A stretch of 32,000 bases of DNA from Longivirga aurantiaca (GCF_042660085.1 NZ_JBHSTI010000002.1:270001-302000), one strand, 5' to 3'. Shown: positions 20,063 to 29,340, counted from the first letter of the stretch. Notes: generated by a model not told the origin, from the sequence alone. A program made the numbers and translations.

Positions 20063-20833
20063 ATGACTGAAAACATCACCCCCCAGGTCGACGAGGTCGT
20101 CGAGGCCGTCGTCGAGACCACCGCCGCTGCGAAGAAGACGGCTGTGAAGAAGACCACGGCCGCCAAGAAGACGGCTGCGAAGAAGACCACCGCCGCCAAG
20201 AAGACCGCGGCGACCAAGACCACGGCTGCGAAGAAGACCGCTGCGAAGAAGGCCACGACCGCGAAGAAGAAGGTCGTCGTCGCCGCCGAGGCCGTGACCG
20301 AGAAGGTCGCCCCGAAGCCCGAGCACCACACCGCGATGGACGAGGCCGCGAAGATCTTCGAGGCCCAGGTCGCCAAGGTCCGCTCGCTCCTCGAGCGCCC
20401 CGAGGTCGTCGAGGTCAAGAGCCGCGTCGAGGGCCAGATCGCCGTCGCCGCCAAGACCGTCGAGCCCTACGTCGCCGACGTGACCGAGAAGGTCACCGAG
20501 GGCTACAAGGCCGCCGAGAAGGTCGTCGCGCCGTACGCCACCGAGGTCTCGACCAAGGTCGAGGACGCCGTCGGCCCGTACGTCTCGGTCCTCACGGTGA
20601 AGGCCGCCAAGGCTGCCAAGACCGCCGAGGAGGCCGTGAAGCCGTACGTCGCCACCGTGCAGAACTCCGCCGAGGACGCCGTGAACGCGGCCGAGCGCGT
20701 GGTCGTCGACCTCCGCGCCCGTGCCGACGCCCGCGCCGCCTTCGCGACCGACACGGTCAAGCACGGCACCGACGAGCTGAAGCTGCGCGCCGACGAGGTC
20801 GTGGCCCGCGTCCGCAAGGTCGCCGGTCTCTGA
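20063..20833 (+). CDS. HBHA-like helical protein with N-terminal Lys/Ala/Thr-rich (histone-H1-like) tract
   Basis: KKTAVKKTTAAKKTAAKKTTAAKKTAATKTTAAKKTAAKKATTAKKK followed by amphipathic repeats YVADVTEKVTEGYKAAEKVVAPYATEVSTKVEDAVGPYV; downstream of an XRE regulator as in Rv0474-Rv0475. Confidence 0.75.
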   Translation: MTENITPQVDEVVEAVVETTAAAKKTAVKKTTAAKKTAAKKTTAAKKTAATKTTAAKKTAAKKATTAKKKVVVAAEAVTEKVAPKPEHHTAMDEAAKIFEAQVAKVRSLLERPEVVEVKSRVEGQIAVAAKTVEPYVADVTEKVTEGYKAAEKVVAPYATEVSTKVEDAVGPYVSVLTVKAAKAAKTAEEAVKPYVATVQNSAEDAVNAAERVVVDLRARADARAAFATDTVKHGTDELKLRADEVVARVRKVAGL

Positions 20834-20937
20834 CCCACCCGCTGCCGATCCGGCAGCAGCACGAACTCACGAGCCCCTCGCAGTGATCCTGCGGGGGGCT
20901 CGTGTCACGTCCGATCCCGACGCCGGAGCGGCGGTGG

Positions 20938-20973
20938 GCGATGAGGGGGGCCTTCGTTGCTCAGAGCGCAACA
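20938..20973 (+). repeat. Two-copy intergenic repeat, copy B (compact)
   Basis: GCGATGAGGGGGGCCTTCGTTGCTCAGAGCGCAACA, compare 9411-9492. Confidence 0.8.
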
Positions 20974-21027
20974 CACTCGGCCTTCACGGACGTCGTTGTC
21001 CACAGGAGAGGGTCGGCGGATCCGACC

Positions 21028-21882
21028 TCAGACGAGCTCGAGGCTGCGGCGGGAGAGTCCCATCATCTGGCCCTCGATGACGGTGCGCGCTGAGCTGAGA
21101 TCCGTGGCGGCACCCAGCGTGACGAACAGCGGTATGAAGTGCTCGACCGTCGGGTGCGCGTACGGCAGCCCCGGCGCCGACTGGCGGAAGCCGGCGAGGG
21201 CGTCGACGTCGCCGGCGGCGATCGCGCCCCAGGCCCAGGCGTCGAAGTCGCGCGACCAGCCCGGCACCTTGCCCTCGATCATGGCCGGCGTGATGAACGG
21301 CAGGCCGTGGGTCATGAAGCCCGAGCCGATCACGAGCACGCCCTGCTCGCGCAGGTCGCGAAGGCGGGCGCCCATCCGCAGCAGGATGTCGGCGCGGTCG
21401 GTCGGCAGGCTGAGCTGCACCACCGGTACGTCGGCCAGCGGGTACATCACCTTCAGCGGCACCCAGGCGCCATGGTCGAGGCCCCGCGGACGGTTGACGA
21501 CCTCGCCGATGCCGGACAGCCGCTTGGCGACGTCGGCGCCGAGGGTCGAGGAGTCCGGCGTCGCGTACTCCATCGAGTAGTAGCGCGGGTCGAAGCCGCC
21601 GAAGTCGTAGACCAGGCGCGTCGACGGGTCGGGCGTGGTGATGGTGATCGGGGCCGTCTCCCAGTGGGCGCTCACGATCACGATGCCCGTCGGCTTGGGC
21701 ATCGACGTCGACCAGGCGAACAGCTCGTCCATCCAGCCGGCGTCGTCGAACAGCGGCGGGGCGCCGTGGCTGAGGTAGATCGACGGGAGGGCGGCGTCTC
21801 CGGGCTGCCAGACGACCTGCTCGGCGCTCGCGGCGAGTGCCGCCGGCTCGAAGGCGTCGAACGCCGCTGCTGCGCGTGCCAT
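21028..21882 (-). CDS. Class III extradiol dioxygenase (DODA-like) family protein
   Basis: ALPSIYLSHGAPPLFDD...TGIVIVSAHWETAP...YYSMEYATPDS...GLDHGAWVPLKVMYPLADVPVVQLSL...GSGFMTHGL. Confidence 0.9.
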   Translation of the reverse strand: MARAAAAFDAFEPAALAASAEQVVWQPGDAALPSIYLSHGAPPLFDDAGWMDELFAWSTSMPKPTGIVIVSAHWETAPITITTPDPSTRLVYDFGGFDPRYYSMEYATPDSSTLGADVAKRLSGIGEVVNRPRGLDHGAWVPLKVMYPLADVPVVQLSLPTDRADILLRMGARLRDLREQGVLVIGSGFMTHGLPFITPAMIEGKVPGWSRDFDAWAWGAIAAGDVDALAGFRQSAPGLPYAHPTVEHFIPLFVTLGAATDLSSARTVIEGQMMGLSRRSLELV

Positions 21883-21996
21883 GGGGGTGCTCCTCGGGTG
21901 GGGTCTGCGGTGAGTCTGTCCCACTTAAGATTGAAGCGTCAACTAATATTCCTGAGCCCGGTCGTGGGGCCGCCGTCCGCTGCTTATGCTGGCGCA

Positions 21997-22281
21997 GTGC
22001 TGACCGCGGCCTTCGGGCTCACCCAGATCCTGTCGCTCGCGTGCATCGCGCTGGCCATCTGGGGGCTGGTCGACGCCGCGCTTCGCAAGCCCGACGCCTT
22101 CGCCGCCGCCGATCGTCAGACCAAGCAGTTCTGGCTCCTGATCCTCGGCGTGGCGATCCTCGTCCTGGTCTTCTTCGGAGTCATCTCGTTCTTCGGGGTG
22201 CCGGCGGTGGTCGCCGCGATCGTCTACATCGTCGATGTGCGACCGAAGGTCGCCGAGGTCTCGCGCGGCCCGCGGTACTGA
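21997..22281 (+). CDS. DUF2516 membrane protein
   Basis: MLTAAFGLTQILSLACIALAIWGLVDAALRKPDAFAAADRQTKQFWLLILGVAILVLVFFG...IVYIVDVRPKV. Confidence 0.85.
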   Translation: MLTAAFGLTQILSLACIALAIWGLVDAALRKPDAFAAADRQTKQFWLLILGVAILVLVFFGVISFFGVPAVVAAIVYIVDVRPKVAEVSRGPRY

Positions 22282-22291
22282 CCGCACGGGC

Positions 22292-23113
22292 ATGACGCGT
22301 CGTCGCCCGGCGGTGCGGCCGCTGGGCGCGATCACCCGGGGCACCACCCATCCGAACCGGCTGCGCCGCGTCGACCGCTGGATCGCGCACGCGCTGGCCG
22401 CGCCGCTGCGGGCGGCGTCCGACCCCGTCGTCGTCGATCTCGGCTACGGCGCCGCCGCGTGGACCCCGCTCGACCTGCGTGACCGGCTGCGGGCGGTGCG
22501 GCCCGACGTCGAGGTGGTCGGCATCGAGATCGACCCTGCTCGCGTCGCCGCGGCTGCGCCGTACGCCGACGGCACGCTCTCGTTCCGCCGCGGCGGGTTC
22601 GAGGTGCCGCTCGACGGACGGTCTCCCGTGGTGGTCCGCGCCTTCAACGTGCTGCGCCAGTACGACGAGGCCGAGGTGCCCGGTGCCTGGCAGGCGATGA
22701 CCTCGCGCCTCTCCGCCGGCGGCGCGCTGGTCGAGGGCACCTGCGACGAGCTCGGCCGGCACGCGTGGTGGGTCGTCCTGCGCGCGGGGTCGAGCGTGCC
22801 GGAGTCGCTCACCCTCTCCACCCGGCTCGCCGGGCTCGAGCGGCCCTCGGACCTCGCCGAGCGGCTGCCCAAGGCGCTCATCCACCGCAACGTGCCGGGC
22901 GAGCCTGTGCACGCGTTCCTGCAGCAGCTCGACCGCGCCTGGGCGGCCGCGGCGCCGCAGGGCTCGTTCGGCGTGCGCCAGCGCTGGATCGCCGCGGTGC
23001 GGTCGCTGCGCGTCACCGGCGTACCTGTCCTCGACGGCCCGTCGCGCTGGCGCCTCGGCGAGATCGCCGTCCCCTGGTCGTACGTCGCCCCCGCTGCGTT
23101 GTCGCACCCCTAG
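22292..23113 (+). CDS. Class I SAM-dependent methyltransferase-like protein
   Basis: DPVVVDLGYGAAAWTPLDLRDRLRAVRPDVEVVGIEIDPARVAAA...VVVRAFNVLRQYDEAEVPGAW. Confidence 0.82.
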   Translation: MTRRRPAVRPLGAITRGTTHPNRLRRVDRWIAHALAAPLRAASDPVVVDLGYGAAAWTPLDLRDRLRAVRPDVEVVGIEIDPARVAAAAPYADGTLSFRRGGFEVPLDGRSPVVVRAFNVLRQYDEAEVPGAWQAMTSRLSAGGALVEGTCDELGRHAWWVVLRAGSSVPESLTLSTRLAGLERPSDLAERLPKALIHRNVPGEPVHAFLQQLDRAWAAAAPQGSFGVRQRWIAAVRSLRVTGVPVLDGPSRWRLGEIAVPWSYVAPAALSHP

Positions 23114-23167
23114 GGTCGAGCACGGCAGTTGAACTGCGCCCCGTGACCCGTACTCGTGATCTTGGTC
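23107..23167 (+). repeat. 61-bp structured intergenic repeat, copy R1
   Basis: CCCCTAGGGTCGAGCACGGCAGTTGAACTGCGCCCCGTGACCCGTACTCGTGATCTTGGTC; contains the stop codon of the methyltransferase gene. Confidence 0.92.
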
Positions 23168-23237
23168 GGCGGCCGACGCGCCTCCATCGCCCATCGCGCG
23201 GTGCGCAGGTCCAGGATGGCGGGCAGGAGGTACGACG

Positions 23238-23789
23238 ATGACGCTCATCGAGACCGAACGCGGTGACCTCACCGAGCAGCACGTCGACGTGATCGTGAAT
23301 GCGGCGAACTGGTCGCTGCTCGGCGGTGGAGGCGTCGACGGGGCGATCCACTCGCGCGGCGGCGACGAGATCCTGCGCGCGTGCGAGGAGGTACGCCGTA
23401 CGACGTGGCCCGACGGCCTGCCCGTCGGCGAAGCCGTCGCGACGACCGCGGGCCGCCTGTCGGCGCGCTGGGTCGTGCACACCGTGGGGCCGCGCTACCG
23501 CGAGCCGCACGGGCACGAGGAGACGCTGCTGACGTCGTGCCACCGGCGTTCGCTCGAGGTGGCGCACGGGCTCGGCGCACGCACGATCGCGTTCCCCGCC
23601 ATCTCCTGCGGCATCTTCGGCTACCCCGCTGCCGAGGCTGCGCCCGTCGCCGTGCGCGCGGTGCGTGCCTATGCGCGCCAGCACCCTGATGCGTTCGACG
23701 TGATCCGCTTCGTGCTCTTCGCTGCCGACGTCGATGCCGAGTTCCGCACCGCCGTCGCCGATCTCGCCGGCGACGCCCCCAAGGGCTGA
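23238..23789 (+). CDS. Macro-domain protein (O-acetyl-ADP-ribose deacetylase-like)
   Basis: RGDLTEQHVDVIVNAANWSLLGGGGVDGAIHSRGGDEILRACEE...LSARWVVHTVGPRY...ARTIAFPAISCGIFGYPAAEAAPVAV. Confidence 0.95.
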   Translation: MTLIETERGDLTEQHVDVIVNAANWSLLGGGGVDGAIHSRGGDEILRACEEVRRTTWPDGLPVGEAVATTAGRLSARWVVHTVGPRYREPHGHEETLLTSCHRRSLEVAHGLGARTIAFPAISCGIFGYPAAEAAPVAVRAVRAYARQHPDAFDVIRFVLFAADVDAEFRTAVADLAGDAPKG

Positions 23790-23806
23790 CCCGCTCGCTC
23801 CTCAGA

Positions 23807-23867
23807 CCCCTGGGGTCGATCAGGGCAGTTCAACTGCACTCGATGACCCGTACTCGCGATCTTGATC
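23807..23867 (+). repeat. 61-bp structured intergenic repeat, copy R2
   Basis: CCCCTGGGGTCGATCAGGGCAGTTCAACTGCACTCGATGACCCGTACTCGCGATCTTGATC. Confidence 0.92.
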
Positions 23868-23884
23868 CGAGGGCCCGCCGCGGG

Positions 23885-24424
23885 TCAGAGCGCGAGGACG
23901 TGGTCGACGAGCTCGACGCCGTACCACTGGTCGGTGACGCCGAGGCGCGTCATGCCGAGGCGGTCGCAGACCGCGAGCGACCGCACGTTGTCCGGGTAGA
24001 CGACGGCGTGCACCTCGCCGAGACCGTTCGCGCGCGCCTGGCCGATGAGGGCGCGGGCCGACTCGGTCGCGATCCCGAAGCCCCACGCGTCCGGGTGGAA
24101 GTGCCAGCCGATCTCACGCGTGTCGGACTTCTCGCCGGACGACGTCGTGAGCGGCACGAGCAGCGCCGTGCCGCACGGCTGCGGCGAGATCCCCGAGATC
24201 CCCGGCGTCTCTACGGCCCAGAGACCTTCGCGCGCCGACGTCGAGAGGGCGTTCCAGCGAGCGATGCGCGCGCGGGCGGCGTCGAGGTCGGGGCACGGCG
24301 TCGGCGGGTTGCCCAGCCAGCGGTAGACGTCCTCGCGCGAGTAGATGTCGAGCACTGCGTCGGCATCGGAGTCCTCCCACGCGCGGAGCAGGAGCCGTTC
24401 GGTGCGCAGCGGCGTCACGGGCAT
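23885..24424 (-). CDS. GNAT-family N-acetyltransferase
   Basis: LRTERLLLRAWEDSDADAVLDIYSREDVYRWLG...EIGWHFHPDAWGFGIATESARALIGQA...VYPDNVRSLAVCDRLGMTRLG. Confidence 0.9.
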   Translation of the reverse strand: MPVTPLRTERLLLRAWEDSDADAVLDIYSREDVYRWLGNPPTPCPDLDAARARIARWNALSTSAREGLWAVETPGISGISPQPCGTALLVPLTTSSGEKSDTREIGWHFHPDAWGFGIATESARALIGQARANGLGEVHAVVYPDNVRSLAVCDRLGMTRLGVTDQWYGVELVDHVLAL

Positions 24425-24470
24425 GGGCCGATCCTGCGCCGTACGCCGCCCCACGTCGAGCGCGTTTGGC

Positions 24471-24531
24471 GTCCATGATCGCGAGTACGGGTCATCGAGT
24501 GCAGTTGAACTGCCGTGATCGACCCTAAGGG
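24471..24531 (-). repeat. 61-bp structured intergenic repeat, copy R3 (reverse orientation)
   Basis: Reverse complement CCCTTAGGGTCGATCACGGCAGTTCAACTGCACTCGATGACCCGTACTCGCGATCATGGAC. Confidence 0.92.
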
Positions 24532-24539
24532 CGCCAAAG

Positions 24540-25256
24540 TCAGGGGGCGAGGGCGATGCGGATGCGGCGGAAGCCCTTGCCCTTGTTCTCGATCTTCGTC
24601 ACGCGCATCGCGCCGATCTGGCGCGTCGAGGCCACGTGCGTGCCGCCGTCCGCCTGCACGTCGAGACCTGAGATGTCCACGATCCGCACGATCTCGATCG
24701 TCGGCGGCAGCAGGTTGGTCGCCGTCCGGATGATGTCCGGGATCGCGAAGGCCTCGTCGCGCGGCAGCTCGTACGCCGAGATCGCACGGTCGGCATCGAC
24801 CTCGACGTTGCACGCAGCCTCCACGGCGTCACGGAACCCCTCCGGCACGCTCTCGAGGTTGAAGTCGAGGCGCGCCTCGAGCGGCTCCATGTTGCCGCCG
24901 GTCACGAGGGCGCCGAAGTCACGGAACACCACGCCCGACAGCAGGTGCAGGCCGGAGTGGGTGCGCATCAGCGCCGTACGCCGGTCGTCCTCGATTGCCC
25001 CGCGCACGGCCGTGCCCACCGGCGGCAGCGGGTCGTCGTCGTGCGCGACCAGGCGTACGTCGTCACCCTTCAGCGCACCCACGATGCGTGTCTGCACGCC
25101 GCCCCACAGCAGCACGCCGTGGTCCGGAGGCTGACCGCCGCCGCCGGGGTAGAACGCGCTGCGGTCGAGCACGATCCCCGTCTCGCGGTCCGACTCCAGG
25201 ACGATCGCGTCCCACTCGCGCAGGGTGGCGTCGGACAGCTCGAGGCGCTCGGTCAT
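24540..25256 (-). CDS. Alanyl-tRNA editing protein (AlaX-like)
   Basis: FYPGGGGQPPDHGVL...RTALMRTHSGLHLLSGVVFRDFGALVTGGNME...IVDISGLDVQADGGTHVASTRQIGAMRVTKIENKGKGFRRIRIAL. Confidence 0.93.
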   Translation of the reverse strand: MTERLELSDATLREWDAIVLESDRETGIVLDRSAFYPGGGGQPPDHGVLLWGGVQTRIVGALKGDDVRLVAHDDDPLPPVGTAVRGAIEDDRRTALMRTHSGLHLLSGVVFRDFGALVTGGNMEPLEARLDFNLESVPEGFRDAVEAACNVEVDADRAISAYELPRDEAFAIPDIIRTATNLLPPTIEIVRIVDISGLDVQADGGTHVASTRQIGAMRVTKIENKGKGFRRIRIALAP

Positions 25257-25298
25257 CCCGACATCCTGCCGCCCATCGCCGGCGACGACCCCAGGAAC

Positions 25299-26510
25299 TC
25301 AGGAGACGACGATGCGGAGGCCGGCCGACCTACCGCCGCCCACGCCGCCACCGGTCGGCGACGTCACGTACACCGTCCAGGTCCCTCGCGGGAGGCTGCC
25401 GCGGATGCCGTAGGTCGAGTCCGCGGCGACCCGCGCCGTCCCGAGCGGGGTGGCGGACCCGACCCGCCGCAGCGTGACGGTCGTCCCTGCGAGCGACGGC
25501 GCGACCTTGCCGAAGACCCGCACCGGCTCGGACCCCGCGATCGTGGTGTCGGACGGCGTCGCCCAGATCCTCGCCGTCACGTCGACGCGTCGGGTGGCCG
25601 ACACCGCCGCGGCGTAGCCGGGCTCGTCCACGCGCCACCGCACGTACGTCTGCCTGACCGGCGTGAACGTCGTGGTGAACCGGCCCTCCGCACCCGTCGT
25701 CACGGTCCGCGCCTTCACCCAGGTGCCGGTGCCCCAGACCTTGGTCCAGAGCTCCACCGGCAGCGAGGCGACGGGGTCGCCCGAGGGCCGCTGCACCCGT
25801 CCCGAGAGCGGCGTCGACGCGCCCGCCTTGAGCGACACGGTGGCTGTGCTGGAGGTGATCACGGGGATGGGGTCGGTGTCGAGGTCGATGGTGGTCACGT
25901 CGCCGGCGGTGCCGTACCGGACGGCGTCGACGTACGTCGTCTGCACGGTCAGGTTGGGCATCACGAGGAGCCCGAGGGAATCGATGGTTGCCCCCGGGAA
26001 GGCGGCCTTGAGCGCCGCCCACGTGAACGGGCTGCCGGGCGCCTCGCTCTGCTTCGGATCGACGAGCTGATGGATCGGCTGGTCGAGCAGGTCGACCGTC
26101 GTCCACGTGGCGGTCGCCGGCAGGTCGACGACGGCCTGGCCCTCGAAGGTCGGCGTGTAGAAGCCGAGGTCGAGCGAGAGCGGCGCGGTCGAGCGGTAGG
26201 TGATCTCGTAGGTGGAGAGCGTCGCCGCGGGGAGGGCCGCACCCAGGCCCATCAGCAGCTGCATCGTGAACGTGTGGACGCCGGAGGTCATCGCGAGGCT
26301 GCCGAGGCCGGTGGGCACCGACGCCGGTCCCTCCACATGGGCGTACGACGCGTCTGCGGGCTTACCGTCCCTGCGCGTGCTGGTGAACGACCAGCCGGCC
26401 GGGAGCCCGGCGTCGGACACCACGGTGGTGTCCGCCTGGGCCGGCGGTGCCACGACGACGAGCAACCCGGCGAGGAGCGCCGGGACGAGTGCGAACGGCA
26501 GACGGCGCAT
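25299..26510 (-). CDS. Secreted hypothetical protein with beta-sandwich-like repeats
   Basis: Signal peptide MRRLPFALVPALLAGLLVVVAPPAQADTTVVSD; tail TVTLRRVGSATPLGTARVAADSTYGIRGSLPRGTWTVYV. Confidence 0.75.
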   Translation of the reverse strand: MRRLPFALVPALLAGLLVVVAPPAQADTTVVSDAGLPAGWSFTSTRRDGKPADASYAHVEGPASVPTGLGSLAMTSGVHTFTMQLLMGLGAALPAATLSTYEITYRSTAPLSLDLGFYTPTFEGQAVVDLPATATWTTVDLLDQPIHQLVDPKQSEAPGSPFTWAALKAAFPGATIDSLGLLVMPNLTVQTTYVDAVRYGTAGDVTTIDLDTDPIPVITSSTATVSLKAGASTPLSGRVQRPSGDPVASLPVELWTKVWGTGTWVKARTVTTGAEGRFTTTFTPVRQTYVRWRVDEPGYAAAVSATRRVDVTARIWATPSDTTIAGSEPVRVFGKVAPSLAGTTVTLRRVGSATPLGTARVAADSTYGIRGSLPRGTWTVYVTSPTGGGVGGGRSAGLRIVVS

Positions 26511-26618
26511 GACGACCACTCCGATCGGTCCAGGAGCCTCCACCCTGGCACTCGGCAGCGGGCTCATGCGTGCCCGTCCGCCCTCGTGCCGTGGCAGGTC
26601 ACCAGGTATCGGACGTCA

Positions 26619-26662
26619 CGACGAAGGCCCGCGTTCCGCGGAGCGGACGCGGGCCTTCGTCG
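26619..26662. terminator. Terminator-like hairpin downstream of gpmA
   Basis: CGACGAAGGCCCGCGT ... ACGCGGGCCTTCGTCG, perfect 16-bp arms, 12-nt loop. Confidence 0.8.
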
Positions 26663-26682
26663 AGCGGGCGTACGTCGATGCG

Positions 26683-27441
26683 CTACTTCTTGCCCTGGTT
26701 GGCGACCGCGGCCGCGGCGACCTTCGCCGCCTCGGGGTCGAGGTACTCGCCGCCGGGCACGATCGGCTTCAGGTCGGCGTCGAGGCGGTAGACCAGCGGG
26801 ATGCCGGTGGGGATGTTGAGGCCCGCGATGTCGGCGTCGGAGATGCCGTCGAGGTGCTTCACGAGGGCGCGCAGCGAGTTGCCGTGCGCGGCGACGAGGA
26901 CGGTCTTGCCGGCGCGCAGGTCGGCGACGATGACGTCCTCCCAGTACGGCAGGAGGCGGTGGACGACGTCCTTGAGGCACTCGGTCGCCGGCAGCACCTC
27001 CGGCGGCATCCAGGCGTAGCGGGGGTCGTGCGTCTGCGCGAACTCGTCGTCGGGCTCGATCGCCGGCGGCGGGACGTCGTACGACCGGCGCCAGAGCATG
27101 AACTGCTCCTCGCCGTACGCCGCGAGGGTGGCCTTCTTGTCCTTGCCCTGCAGGGCGCCGTAGTGGCGCTCGTTGAGCCGCCAGTTGCGGACGACCGGGA
27201 TCCAGTGGCGGTCGCAGCCGTCGAGCGCGATCTGGCTCGTGCGGATCGCGCGGCGCAGGAGGCTCGTGTGCACGACGTCCGGCAGGATGCCGCTCTCCTT
27301 GAGCAGGACGCCGCCTCGCTCGGCCTCGCCGACGCCCTTCTCGTTGAGGTCGACGTCGACCCATCCGGTGAAGAGGTTCTTGGCGTTCCACTCGCTCTCG
27401 CCGTGGCGGAGCAGGACCAGGGTGTACGGCGCGTCGCTCAT
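26683..27441 (-). CDS. gpmA: 2,3-bisphosphoglycerate-dependent phosphoglycerate mutase
   Basis: [31 protein letters not shown]...[40 protein letters not shown]...[17 protein letters not shown]. Confidence 0.96.
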   Translation of the reverse strand: MSDAPYTLVLLRHGESEWNAKNLFTGWVDVDLNEKGVGEAERGGVLLKESGILPDVVHTSLLRRAIRTSQIALDGCDRHWIPVVRNWRLNERHYGALQGKDKKATLAAYGEEQFMLWRRSYDVPPPAIEPDDEFAQTHDPRYAWMPPEVLPATECLKDVVHRLLPYWEDVIVADLRAGKTVLVAAHGNSLRALVKHLDGISDADIAGLNIPTGIPLVYRLDADLKPIVPGGEYLDPEAAKVAAAAVANQGKK

Positions 27442-27506
27442 GGCGTCCATCCTGCCGCAGCCTGTCGCCGTGACGGGAGGCTGGTCGGGGATCGGGGCCG
27501 TGACGC

Positions 27507-27567
27507 GACCAAGATCACGAGTAGGGGTCTTCGGGTGCAGTCGAACTGCCGTGATCGACCCTAGGGG
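27507..27567 (-). repeat. 61-bp structured intergenic repeat, copy R4 (reverse orientation)
   Basis: Reverse complement CCCCTAGGGTCGATCACGGCAGTTCGACTGCACCCGAAGACCCCTACTCGTGATCTTGGTC. Confidence 0.9.
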
Positions 27568-27577
27568 TGCAGAAGCG

Positions 27578-28078
27578 TCAGTCGGGGTCGGTGAGGCGGG
27601 TGAAGGCGGCGAGGTTGGCCGTGGACTCGCCGCGGCTGACGCGCCAGGCGTGCTCGCGCTTGATGGCGCTCGCGAACCCGAGCTCGAGGATCGTGTTGAA
27701 CGAGCCGTCGGCGTACTCGAGCACCGAGCCGAGGATGCGGTCGACCTCGTCGGGCGTGACCGACCCGAGCGGCAGGCGGCCCGAGAGGTAGATGTCGCCG
27801 AGGTGGTCGACGGCGAACGCGACGCCGTACATCTTCAGGTTGCGCTCGAGCAGCCAGCGGTAGACGGCCTCGGCGTTCTCGTCGACGTGCCGTGCCACGA
27901 ACGCCTGCACGGTGAGCGCGTGCTCGCCGACGACGAGCGAGCAGGTGGTCTTCTGCTTGCGCTCGCCCGGCAGGACCACGACGAAGGTGCCCGGCGCGGT
28001 CTCCTCGACCTCGAGCTCATGCGCGGCGAGGACCGTGCGCAGGACGGAGGCGGCGTCCTCGCGGGCCACCGGGGTCAT
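27578..28078 (-). CDS. YbjN-domain protein
   Basis: [104 protein letters not shown]; between mshA and gpmA. Confidence 0.85.
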   Translation of the reverse strand: MTPVAREDAASVLRTVLAAHELEVEETAPGTFVVVLPGERKQKTTCSLVVGEHALTVQAFVARHVDENAEAVYRWLLERNLKMYGVAFAVDHLGDIYLSGRLPLGSVTPDEVDRILGSVLEYADGSFNTILELGFASAIKREHAWRVSRGESTANLAAFTRLTDPD

Positions 28079-29340
28079 GTGCCGGCGACGACGAGGCGGG
28101 CGCTGCGTCCGGCGAGGGCGTCGCGGTAGACCTCGAGGGTGGCGGCGGTGGTGGCGTCCCAGCCGAAGCTCGCGGCGTGGCCCACGGCGGCCTGCGACAT
28201 CCGCTGCAGAGCCACGGGATCGGCCACGGCACGGCAGAGCGCGGCGGCCCACACGTCCGGGTCGTGCCCGTCGACGAGCACGCCGCTGACGCCGTCGGCC
28301 ACCGCGGTCGGCAGACCTCCGACCCGGGCGGCGACCACGGGAGTGCCGCAGGCCTGAGCCTCCACGGCCACGAGCCCGAACGACTCCGAGTACGACGGCA
28401 CCACGCAGAGGTCCGCTGCGCGGTACCAGTCGGCGAGGCGCACGCGGTCGACCGGAGGCACGAACCGCACGAGGTCGGCGACCCCCAGCGAGCCGGCGAG
28501 CTCCTGCAGGGCATGCGGGTGCTCGAGGCCCGAGCCCGACGGGCCGCCGCAGATGACGACCTGCAGTGTCGAGCGGAGCGACGGCGTACGGGCGACCATC
28601 GCGGCCACGGCGCGCACGAGGACGTCGGGGGCCTTGAGCGGCTGGATGCGGCCGACGAACAGCAGCACGACGGCGTCCTCGCGCAGCCCCACCTTCGCGC
28701 GGGCGTGCGAGCGGCCCACGGGCGTGAAGACGTCGAGGTCGACGCCCGGGTGCACGACCGCGACCTTGGACGGGTGCGCGCCGTACAGCTCGACGAGCTG
28801 GTCGGCCTCGGCCGCGGTGTTGGCGAGGATGCGGTCGGAGGCGTCGACCACCTGCTGCTCGCCGATGATGCGACCCTCGGGCTCGGGGCGGTCGCCCTCG
28901 GCGAGGGTGAGGTTCTTGACCTTGGCCATCGTGTGCATCGCGTGCACGAGCGGCACGTTCCAGCGCTCGGCGGCCAGGAAGCCCACCTGGCCCGACAGCC
29001 AGTAGTGGGACTGCACGAGGTCGTAGTAGCCCTCGGGCTGCATGGCCTCCACGCGCAGGACCCCGTTGGCCACCGCGCACAGCTGGCCCGGCAGGTCCTC
29101 CTTGGAGAGGCCCTGGAACGGTCCGGCGGTGACGTGGCGGACGGTCACGCCGGGGGCCATCTCGACCGAGCCGGGGAGGTCGCGCGAGGTGGCGCGGGTG
29201 AAGACGTCCACCTCGACACCGCTGCGTGCGAGGCGCGTCGCGACCTCGGTGACGTAGACGTTCATGCCACCGGCGTCGCCCGTGCCCGGCTGGTCGAGGG
29301 GAGAGGTGTGCACAGAGAGGACCGCGACGCGGCGGGGCAT
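28075..29340 (-). CDS. mshA: D-inositol-3-phosphate glycosyltransferase (start could extend to 29490)
   Basis: [51 protein letters not shown]...[12 protein letters not shown]...[35 protein letters not shown]. Confidence 0.93.
   Translation of the reverse strand: MPRRVAVLSVHTSPLDQPGTGDAGGMNVYVTEVATRLARSGVEVDVFTRATSRDLPGSVEMAPGVTVRHVTAGPFQGLSKEDLPGQLCAVANGVLRVEAMQPEGYYDLVQSHYWLSGQVGFLAAERWNVPLVHAMHTMAKVKNLTLAEGDRPEPEGRIIGEQQVVDASDRILANTAAEADQLVELYGAHPSKVAVVHPGVDLDVFTPVGRSHARAKVGLREDAVVLLFVGRIQPLKAPDVLVRAVAAMVARTPSLRSTLQVVICGGPSGSGLEHPHALQELAGSLGVADLVRFVPPVDRVRLADWYRAADLCVVPSYSESFGLVAVEAQACGTPVVAARVGGLPTAVADGVSGVLVDGHDPDVWAAALCRAVADPVALQRMSQAAVGHAASFGWDATTAATLEVYRDALAGRSARLVVAGT

Noticed and set aside
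22181-23482. 433-aa minus-strand ORF spanning the methyltransferase, R1 and the macro gene
   Set aside because: Crosses two well-supported plus-strand genes and an intergenic repeat; no recognisable domain.
24945-26819. 624-aa plus-strand ORF opposite alaX and the secreted protein
   Set aside because: Arg/His/Gly-rich GC-driven antisense frame; both minus-strand genes have clear domain or signal-peptide evidence.
23107-27567. 61-bp repeats as a CRISPR array or as IS terminal repeats
   Set aside because: Copies are far apart, differ in orientation, carry no spacer structure, and no transposase ORF lies between them. Terminal-repeat behaviour remains only a hypothesis.
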